Assembly: GCA_037142615.1 (NCBI GenBank)
Contig: JBAXAI010000046.1
Span: forward strand, 1-27,355
DNA: 27,355 bases
Source: Spirochaetales bacterium
GTDB lineage: Bacteria > Spirochaetota > Spirochaetia > JABEVK01
Reading direction: 5' to 3'
A model generated the notes under the pieces. The model worked only from the letters and a program-made list of their open reading frames with translations, had not been told where the DNA came from and did no database searches. This document shows, in pieces, positions 1 through 10,189 of this stretch. How positions within the stretch are numbered: position 1 is the first letter of the stretch; each line of letters starts with the position of its first letter. The position numbers and the translations under genes were made by a program.

Positions 1-34
1 GAACGGGAAAAGGGGCGCCTGCCCCTCGCTCCAT

Positions 35-63
35 AAAAAAGGCCAACCCGTGCCGGGTCAGCC
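35..63 (-). terminator. Rho-independent terminator
   Basis: Minus strand reads GGCUGACCCG-GCA-CGGGUUGGCC-UUUUUU: a 10-bp stem with two G-U pairs (complete only on the minus strand) followed by U6. Confidence 0.8.
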
Positions 64-178
64 TTTTGTTATTCCGCTACCCCCTCTGTGTCTTTGTAGG
101 GTCTGCCCCCGATGGGTTCAGCGGGAAAGGGACTGGGCGGACGGTTCGGGAACCACAACGAAGCGTGAAAAACCGATG

Positions 179-253
179 TTACTTTTGTGACCTGGGGAAA
201 CTTCGGCGATAGAACTTTGGCACTTCGGCGTACATCGGATCGTAGGTTGGCAT
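179..253 (-). CDS. Candidate 24-aa peptide MPTYDPMYAEVPKFYRRSFPRSQK (possible leader peptide)
   Basis: ATG at 253 with GGAGG 5 nt upstream and TAA at 179-181. Below the ORF-track cutoff; no homology recognised. Confidence 0.35.
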   Translation of the reverse strand: MPTYDPMYAEVPKFYRRSFPRSQK

Positions 254-549
254 GAAGTCCTCCACCGAGGGAGGCTGCAGACCGGGCCAAAAGCCACCCG
301 ATCTGCAGATCCCGATGGCTTGAAATTACACCCCCCGTGTGAGCGGGCCGTGAGCAACCCATGAGAAGTTCGTTTCACCCCACAGGAGACCGGCGACGTC
401 GGCCCATGGCCTCCTTGCGCCCGGCCATAGCGTAGCTGCGAAAGGAGCTTGGCGATGGGCCTGACGGCGGTTGTTAGGGCCCTGAGAATTGCGCTGCAAT
501 TCTCCGCGGCGAGTTGTGTGGTGACGACATGGGTGGGCAAGGTATCCGG

Positions 550-891
550 TCAAAGACCCAGGACTTCGCTCACGGCTTTGCCAATCTGACGGAGCACTTC
601 TTCGTCGACGAGAGCCAATGGTCCCGAGACGAGCCGACGGCTGTCAAGAGCACGCAACTGGTCCACCAGCACATCGGAGTCGCGTTCTAGCTGGCCACGG
701 GCCTGCAGGCGATACCGAAGAGGTTCAGCGTCGTCAATGAGGTTGGTTGTGAGCGGCAGGACGAGGGTGGAAGGGTGGCCGATGTCCAGCAGGTCCTGAT
801 GCTGAAAGAGCAGCACGGGACGGACCTTCCCCGGCTCAGTGCCTCGCGGTGGGTTCAGCTCGGCCAGCCAAATCTCCCCGCGTTTAAGCAC
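550..891 (-). CDS. mazF: Type II TA toxin, PemK/MazF family endoribonuclease
   Basis: RGEIWLAELNPPRGTEPGKVRPVL, VLPLTT and DQLRALDSRRL motifs. GTG at 891 overlaps the end of the antitoxin, so it is preferred over 915. Confidence 0.9.
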   Translation of the reverse strand: MLKRGEIWLAELNPPRGTEPGKVRPVLLFQHQDLLDIGHPSTLVLPLTTNLIDDAEPLRYRLQARGQLERDSDVLVDQLRALDSRRLVSGPLALVDEEVLRQIGKAVSEVLGL

Positions 892-1120
892 TTGGATCTG
901 TCTCGACCGCAGCAAACTCAGCGTTTACCACGAGGCTCTCTTGGCGGGTGCGGAGGCTGGCCTTCTGAAGGCGAAAACGCCGGTTCTCGGCTTCGTGGGC
1001 AACCTTCATTGCCTCCAAAGCACGGCGGACGTAGTCAGAACGGGCCAGGCCGTGTGCGAGCGCCAACTGGTCGAGTTCCTCCAGATCGTGTTCATTCATG
1101 CGGATTGAAACCGTGGCCAT
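884..1120 (-). CDS. CopG/RHH-family antitoxin (78 aa)
   Basis: MATVSIRMNEHDLEELDQLA...GLARSDYVRRAL is a ribbon-helix-helix pattern. GAGG RBS; lies directly upstream of and overlaps mazF. Confidence 0.85.
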   Translation of the reverse strand: MATVSIRMNEHDLEELDQLALAHGLARSDYVRRALEAMKVAHEAENRRFRLQKASLRTRQESLVVNAEFAAVETDPSA

Positions 1121-1130
1121 GTGTTGCCTC

Positions 1131-1153
1131 TTGTGAGACAAAGTGTAACACAA
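1131..1153 (-). promoter_or_regulatory. Probable TA operator overlapping an extended -10 promoter
   Basis: Inverted repeat TTGTGAGACA-AAG-TGTAACACAA (8/10 match). The minus strand contains TGtTACACT. Confidence 0.6.
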
Positions 1154-1211
1154 GGAGAAGGACAATCCTAGGGTCCGTAACGACGGGTCAGCTTTGGGTG
1201 GATTTCGAAAG

Positions 1212-1394
1212 TCAGCGCGAAGTGGGCTGGTCGGGCGTCTTCTTCCGCTCGTGGAACAACTGCGTCGCTTCTTTGGCTTTGCGGGAAACCTCGGCGAGCA
1301 ACTCATCGAGAGGTAATTCCTTGAGCTCGTCGTAGATCTCGTCCCTCCAGGCCCAAACGTCGGTCATGGCTTTGGAATCACTCGTCGTATGCAT
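1212..1394 (-). CDS. Small helical protein, probable partner/antitoxin of the upstream PIN gene (60 aa)
   Basis: MHTTSDSKAMTDVWAWRDEIYDELKELPLDELL... GGAGG lies 6 nt before the ATG, and the start overlaps the 3' end of the PIN remnant. Confidence 0.65.
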   Translation of the reverse strand: MHTTSDSKAMTDVWAWRDEIYDELKELPLDELLAEVSRKAKEATQLFHERKKTPDQPTSR

Positions 1395-1541
1395 CAATGA
1401 CCTCCAGGGGAGAAAGAAGCCTCAAGGGTGCTTGCTGAAGTTGTCAAAGAAGTCCTTGGTCGCTGCCTGAAAATCAGGTGAGTCGGTAGCGAAGAGAAAA
1501 CTGATCACGCTGGTGTCCAAGTAGACTTTGAGCTTGTTCAC
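1378..1541 (-). pseudogene. PIN-domain (VapC-like) toxin pseudogene with internal deletion and frameshift
   Basis: GTG at 1541 gives MNKLKVYLDTSVISFLFATDSPDFQAATKDFFDNFSKHP* (PIN N-terminal YLDTSV; stop at 1422-1424). Another frame gives PLRLLSPLEVIDAYDE* (stop at 1378-1380), resembling this family's C-terminus. Confidence 0.75.
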
Positions 1542-1547
1542 GGGTCA

Positions 1548-1576
1548 ATAGTACGTCTGTGTGCGGCCTTCGTCAA
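1548..1576 (-). promoter_or_regulatory. Sigma70-type promoter (leaderless) for the PIN remnant
   Basis: TTGACG-N17-TACTAT, then 6 nt, then GTG. Confidence 0.7.
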
Positions 1577-1689
1577 AGGGAGGGACAAGGGCCGAGGTCC
1601 GATCCCCGGTCGGGTCAGCCTCCAACTAAAGGAATGGAGGCTAGAATGCACGGATTGCACGGACCCAAAAGGGAACCAGAGGAAAAGAT

Positions 1690-1734
1690 GTTGCAGAGGA
1701 AGTGCTGTACTTTGAAAAGCGAGGTGAAATTTGA
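1690..1734 (+). pseudogene. Possible 3' remnant of a BrnT-like toxin gene
   Basis: Startless frame ...VAEEVLYFEKRGEI* whose TGA overlaps the TTG start of the BrnA-like gene (TTGA). The ExxxY tail resembles BrnT C-termini. Confidence 0.4.
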
Positions 1735-1937
1735 AAGACCATTACGACTTTAGCAAGGCCGTGCACGGCAAGTTCCTTGGTCAGGTTGAAGAGCTGAGGC
1801 TTCCAGTCTACCTGGATCCAGAAGTCGAATCGGAACTGGAGAGTCTGGCACATAGGTCCGGTCGAGACGTGAACGACCTAGCGAACACGGTGTTGAAGAA
1901 CGGCATTGCGCTCCTGAAGGCTACCGAAGCTCGCTGA
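1731..1937 (+). CDS. BrnA-like antitoxin (68 aa)
   Basis: MKDHYDFSKAVHGKF N-terminal motif followed by VYLDPEV and an RHH-like tail. GAGGTG RBS, TTG start. Confidence 0.75.
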   Translation: MKDHYDFSKAVHGKFLGQVEELRLPVYLDPEVESELESLAHRSGRDVNDLANTVLKNGIALLKATEAR

Positions 1938-2003
1938 ACCCCGGCCACGCGACCTTCGGCCGCTTGGGCCCGGAGAATTGCGTCGCGAAAACTCCACCCT
2001 GCC

Positions 2004-2032
2004 TTGAATTCTCGGGTGTCCAGAAGTATCCT
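2004..2032 (+). promoter_or_regulatory. Sigma70-type promoter (leaderless) for dnaE
   Basis: TTGAAT-N17-TATCCT, then 6 nt, then ATG 2039; no SD sequence. Confidence 0.6.
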
Positions 2033-2038
2033 CCCACC

Positions 2039-5601
<3,563 letters not shown>

Positions 5602-5602
<1 letters not shown>

Positions 5603-6180
5603 TGAATCCGCTGATCATCCTGGCCCAGGTGCTCCAAGTGTACATCTTGGTCCTCACCATCCGCATTTTCTTGAGCTGGGTAAGCCTCGATGCGAACCAA
5701 CCGCTGGTGCGAATCCTGGCGGCTGTGACCGACCCGTGGTTCCGGCTGTTCCGCGGTTTCCGTCTCCAGCTGGGCAATTTCGACTTTTCGCCGATGATCG
5801 CCATCGGCGTTCTCATCGTCCTTCAGGGCCTGACCTACCGTTTGGCGCTCGAAGGCAGCCTGACCGTCGGAATCGTCACCTCGGCGCTTCTGGCGCAGCT
5901 TTGGCTCATCGTGTCGTCCATCGTGTTCCTGGTGGGGGCGATGGCGCTGGTCCGGTTTCTGGCGGTGCAGTTTCGGTGGGGCGGCGCCGCAGTGTGGCAC
6001 TTCCTCGATGCCTTGCTTCAGCCCATGACCTTCAGCCTGGGCCGGCTTTTGCGGCGCGACGCCTTCTTCCCGTACACGTTCAGCCTGCTGATCGTCGTGG
6101 TTCTGGCTGTCGTGGTCACCGTGGCCGGCGGCATCGGAATCGGGTTACTGGTGCTGCTCTTGGAACACCTGCCCTTTTAG
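5602..6180 (+). CDS. yggT: YggT family membrane protein
   Basis: IRIFLSW...TDPW...FDFSPMIA motif. TAATG overlap with dnaE; hydrophobic helices. Confidence 0.88.
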
Positions 6181-6192
6181 GGATTCCTTGCC

Positions 6193-8280
6193 ATGGTGCC
6201 CGGGGAACTGTCCGTCAGCGTGACCCGCCTGAAGGGAGCTGGACCGGCCGCTGTGCGCGACCTGGCGAAACTCGGCATTTCGACTGTCGCCCAGCTGTTG
6301 ATGCACCTGCCGCGCGAGCACGCCAACCGCCGCGACGAAGTGAGCCTGCTCGAGGGCCTGTCGCGGCACCAACCGGCCAATACGGTGGTCACCGTGGCCG
6401 CGCACAGTTTCTTTGGCCCCCCGCACCGGCAAACGCTCAAACTGCACGTGATCGACCGCCAGGGCACGCCGGCCGAGCTCCCCTGCTTCAACCGGCCCTT
6501 CCTCGCCAAAAGCTGGCCGGTTGGCGCCCACGCGTGGCTCAACGGCCTGCCCGAAAGCAAATACAGCTCGCTGCAAATCGCCAGCTTCGACCTGGACCTG
6601 CCTCCTGCCGGGTATCTGCCTGGAGCTCCGCTGGGCGAGGCCGGCAATCTGGTGCCTCACTATCCGCTGGCCGGCAGCCTCAACCACACCGGGGTGGGCC
6701 GTTTGGTCAAACAGGCCCTGGCCGACTTTGCCAAGGAAAGGTTTGACGACGAACTTCCCGAAAGTTTTCGCCGGCGCCATGCCCTGACAGACCTCGATAC
6801 GGCCCTTCGGCAGGTCCATTTTCCCCCCAGCCTCGAGCGGCTCGAGGCAGCCCGGAGAACACTGGTGTGGCGCGAGCTGTTCCACCTGCAAACCGCCATC
6901 CTGCGGCGTTCACTGGCGGCCACGGCGCCGTCGCGGCCCCCGATTCGCCTTCCCGCTCGCCTCCGCCGGGAGTTTCTCGCCAGGCTGGAGTTCGACCTGA
7001 CGACCGACCAAGTCAAGGTATTGGAAGAAATTGACTCCGATCTGACGGCCCCGGTTCCGATGGCCCGGTTGCTCCAGGGCGACGTCGGCAGCGGCAAGAC
7101 CCTTGTCGCGTTTCTGACGGCTCTGCCGCTCATCGAGGCCGGCTTTCAGTGCGCGCTGATGGCCCCCACCGAGCTCCTGGCGCTCCAGCACGCCGAAAAC
7201 GCCGCCCGGGTGCTCGATCCCTTGGGCGTCAAAATCGCCTTCTTGTCGGGCAACCTCAAGGCGGCCGGACGCAACGCGCTGCTCGATCAGCTCGCCGAGG
7301 GCAAAATCGACTTCGTGGTGGGAACCCACGCGCTGTTTTCGGATCCTGTCGCGTTCAAAAACCTGCGGGCTGTCATCATCGACGAGCAGCACCGTTTCGG
7401 GGTCCTGCAACGCCAAGCCCTGCTGCGAAAGGGTGAGGTCGTCGACCTGCTGCTCATGAGCGCGACGCCCATTCCTCGCACCCTGGCGCTGACCGCGTTC
7501 GGCGATCTCAAGACTTCGGTGATCCGCACCATGCCCCACGGTCGAAAGCCCATCGTGACGCACACCAACAAGATGGCCAACCAGCAGAAGGTCTACGATT
7601 TTGTGCGTGCCGAGCTGCAGGCAGGGCATCAGGCGTACTTTGTGTACCCGCTCATCGAGGCCAGCGAGGCCCTTGACCTCAAGGATGCCCAGAGCATGGC
7701 CGCCCAGCTTTCCGAAGTGTTCGCCGGCTACCGGGTGGGCCTCATCCATTCGCGTTTGCCCGAGGACGAAAAGAAGGCGGTGATGGAGGAGTTTTCGCGA
7801 GGCGTCGCGGCCGTGCTGGTCGCCACCAGCGTTGTGGAAGTCGGGGTGGACGTCGCCAACGCGACCTGCATGGTCATCGAGCACGCGGAACGTTTTGGGC
7901 TTTCGGCGCTGCACCAGCTCCGCGGCCGGGTTGGGCGCTCCAGCCTTCAAAGCTATTGCTTTTTGGTGTATGGAGATACCCTGACCGACGACGGCAAGAC
8001 CCGCCTCAGGGTGATGATGGAGACGACCGACGGTTTCCGGGTGGCCGAGGAGGACCTGAAGCTCCGTGGCCCCGGAGACATCGCTGGGGCCAAGCAGTCG
8101 GGCTTTCTCAAGTTGGCCGCAGCCGACCTGGGGCGCGATCTGGAAATCTTGGTCATCTGCCGCGAGGAATTGCAGACGTTGCTGGCCGACGATCCCCAAC
8201 TGGAAAGGCCCGAACACGCCGGGATGAAGCGCCTGTGGACCAACGCCCCACCGTTTAGCGACGAGTTGGTCGCGCTGTGA
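6193..8280 (+). CDS. recG: ATP-dependent DNA helicase RecG
   Basis: LLQGDVGSGKT, DEQH, SAT and QLRGRVGR motifs, plus the TRG motif DGFRVAEEDLKLRGPG. Confidence 0.97.
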   Translation: MVPGELSVSVTRLKGAGPAAVRDLAKLGISTVAQLLMHLPREHANRRDEVSLLEGLSRHQPANTVVTVAAHSFFGPPHRQTLKLHVIDRQGTPAELPCFNRPFLAKSWPVGAHAWLNGLPESKYSSLQIASFDLDLPPAGYLPGAPLGEAGNLVPHYPLAGSLNHTGVGRLVKQALADFAKERFDDELPESFRRRHALTDLDTALRQVHFPPSLERLEAARRTLVWRELFHLQTAILRRSLAATAPSRPPIRLPARLRREFLARLEFDLTTDQVKVLEEIDSDLTAPVPMARLLQGDVGSGKTLVAFLTALPLIEAGFQCALMAPTELLALQHAENAARVLDPLGVKIAFLSGNLKAAGRNALLDQLAEGKIDFVVGTHALFSDPVAFKNLRAVIIDEQHRFGVLQRQALLRKGEVVDLLLMSATPIPRTLALTAFGDLKTSVIRTMPHGRKPIVTHTNKMANQQKVYDFVRAELQAGHQAYFVYPLIEASEALDLKDAQSMAAQLSEVFAGYRVGLIHSRLPEDEKKAVMEEFSRGVAAVLVATSVVEVGVDVANATCMVIEHAERFGLSALHQLRGRVGRSSLQSYCFLVYGDTLTDDGKTRLRVMMETTDGFRVAEEDLKLRGPGDIAGAKQSGFLKLAAADLGRDLEILVICREELQTLLADDPQLERPEHAGMKRLWTNAPPFSDELVAL

Positions 8281-8306
8281 GCCGATTTCCGCGCTACACT
8301 GGAGGC

Positions 8307-10157
8307 ATGACGAAGCGGTTTTTGTCGGGTGCGGCGCTGACCCTGGGCGGACTGGTGTTGATGGTGTCTTCGTGCGCCAATCCGGTGGCCCCGGTTTCCA
8401 ACTCCATTCCTCTCGGAGCTTCGGGTGTTCTGGCCGCCGAAGGCTTTGAGTCTGGCGACCTGACGCACTTCCGCTGGAACGCGACCAGCGTCGACAGCGT
8501 TTTGCCGACGGTTCAGACCACGACGGTGGCCGAAGGCACCCACGCTGTCCAGTTCCCGATGAAGGACCTGGGAGTCGGCCAAGCGCTGCACCTTTGGTTT
8601 CAGGTTGAACCAACGGCCGCTGCCGCTGTCTCGTTTCGAGTCACCTCGGACGCGTACACCAAGGCTTCGCTGACCTTTTTTGTGGACGGAGAGCAGAAGG
8701 CCGTGTGGGCCGATTCCTCCGACTGGGTGAGAAGCACCGTGGTGCTGACGGCTGGTGCCCATCGGTTGGAGTGGGTCGCGCGCAAGGATGATTCCGGGTA
8801 TTACAACTCCAGTTCGAACTCGTTCTTCCTCGATGACATCACGTTGGCCTCCGAAACCACCGAATCGGTAAGCCTCAGCCCCGCGACACCGCTGGTCACC
8901 ACTGTGGGCTCGGGCAGTCTGGACTTTGCAGCGCAGGCCCTGCGCGCGGATGGCAGCACACGGATGGGGGGCACTTTTACCTGGGTTGTGAACCCGGGAA
9001 CCGACGGTGGGAGCGGGACCATCGACGCGTCGGGACATTTTTTGCCCGGGACCGCAGGAACCTGCACGGTGACGGCCTCGTCGGAGGGCCACCCGACCAC
9101 CAGTGCCACCATCACGGTGAAGGCCGCGCTCGGGACTGTCCGGTACGCCGGTCAGGACTACCTGGGGCCCGAGCCAGGTTCGGGCACCGTGCCGCAGGCG
9201 GCGTCGCAGGGCATCCTGATCACCCTTCCCAACACCACGGACTTCCGTGCCGACGGATTTTTCACCCTCCAGGGAAGGGTTGCAGCTCCGTCCGTTTACA
9301 ATTATGCGCTGGTGGTCGAAACCCTCGCCAGCGAATACGGCACCACCTCTCCGGTGCACACGACAAGCTGGTACGTGCAAGGCGATTTTTCAACCCGGAT
9401 TTGGCTGCGTTTCGGAGCGGGGGACTATGTGGTGACCGTGCACACGCTCTCTTCGCTTCAGTTGGACTTGGCGGGCGAAGGCGACATCATGGGCTATTCC
9501 TGGTACCCCACACCGGTGGTCAGGCTGAATGTCACCAACACCCGCTCCGAGGACGGCACGTTTTTTTACCCCTCCGATGCCGTCCAAAGCGATAGCGACA
9601 CCGTCACCAACTTGGCCCTATCGCTGGCAGGGGGGAGCTTGCCCGCGACGGAGAGCGCCAAGACGGCGGCGGTCACGGCCGTCAACAAGTGGATTGTGGA
9701 CAACTACCACTACGACCAGACCAGCGTGGTTTCGGGACAACGGCAAAAGCAAGACGCGCTGACCTCGCTTCGGTTGGCGACGGGGGTGTGCGAAGGTTAC
9801 GCTTCGACGGCCGCGGCCCTGTTGCGCGCGCTGGGCATTCGCACCAAAGCCGTGAGAGGCGACGGGTACAGCACGCCAACCGAGTTTGGTGCCCATGCCT
9901 GGAACAACGTGTTTATCGGCGGCACCTGGCTGTTTCTCGACACGACTTGGAACGATCCCGTCTACACGGGAACCCCTACGCCCGCCCAAATGCTGGCCAA
10001 TTCCCAAAAGTACCTGCTTTTGACGACGATGGGCGGAGTCGAGCAACACACGAACGGCCGGTATTGGGATCACGTGCTCAGCGACGAACGCCTCGGCCGC
10101 GCCTTGCTGGCCGAGGTCGCCCCGCGCTGGTCAGGCTATCCTGACGGTTGGTACTAG
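8307..10157 (+). CDS. Lipoprotein with beta-sandwich/Ig-like domains and a C-terminal transglutaminase-like core
   Basis: Signal MTKRFLSGAALTLGGLVLMVSS-C. Triad motifs GVCEGYA, HAWN and DTTW. ATG 8307 is preferred over 8277. Confidence 0.85.
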   Translation: MTKRFLSGAALTLGGLVLMVSSCANPVAPVSNSIPLGASGVLAAEGFESGDLTHFRWNATSVDSVLPTVQTTTVAEGTHAVQFPMKDLGVGQALHLWFQVEPTAAAAVSFRVTSDAYTKASLTFFVDGEQKAVWADSSDWVRSTVVLTAGAHRLEWVARKDDSGYYNSSSNSFFLDDITLASETTESVSLSPATPLVTTVGSGSLDFAAQALRADGSTRMGGTFTWVVNPGTDGGSGTIDASGHFLPGTAGTCTVTASSEGHPTTSATITVKAALGTVRYAGQDYLGPEPGSGTVPQAASQGILITLPNTTDFRADGFFTLQGRVAAPSVYNYALVVETLASEYGTTSPVHTTSWYVQGDFSTRIWLRFGAGDYVVTVHTLSSLQLDLAGEGDIMGYSWYPTPVVRLNVTNTRSEDGTFFYPSDAVQSDSDTVTNLALSLAGGSLPATESAKTAAVTAVNKWIVDNYHYDQTSVVSGQRQKQDALTSLRLATGVCEGYASTAAALLRALGIRTKAVRGDGYSTPTEFGAHAWNNVFIGGTWLFLDTTWNDPVYTGTPTPAQMLANSQKYLLLTTMGGVEQHTNGRYWDHVLSDERLGRALLAEVAPRWSGYPDGWY

Positions 10158-10189
10158 CCATAATTCCTCGGGCAGTTTAGTTTGTTGAA

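Noticed and set aside
200-230. ACTTCGGCG twice with ACTTTGGC between
   Set aside because: Too short and too few for a CRISPR array or iterons.
383-394. CAGGAGACCGGC resembling a cobalamin riboswitch B12 box
   Set aside because: The other conserved elements are missing and there is no downstream plus-strand gene.
385-482. Canonical integron attC site
   Set aside because: CCCTAAC and an L-like stem with a bulge are present, but there is no matching GTTRRRY, no second copy and no intI.
140-510. Fragments resembling glycine (CGCCGAAG, TCTCAGG), c-di-AMP or tmRNA (GGGGTGAA) motifs
   Set aside because: Order and spacing do not fit any of these RNAs. An Rfam scan would settle it.
69-553. ORF-track ORFs 69-362, 118-540 and 326-553
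   Set aside because: No RBS or domain pattern. The stop at 69-71 next to the terminator is noted but is not enough.
884-1306. 140-aa extended antitoxin ORF
   Set aside because: The extension runs over the promoter/operator and the next gene. The RHH pattern starts at ATG 1120.
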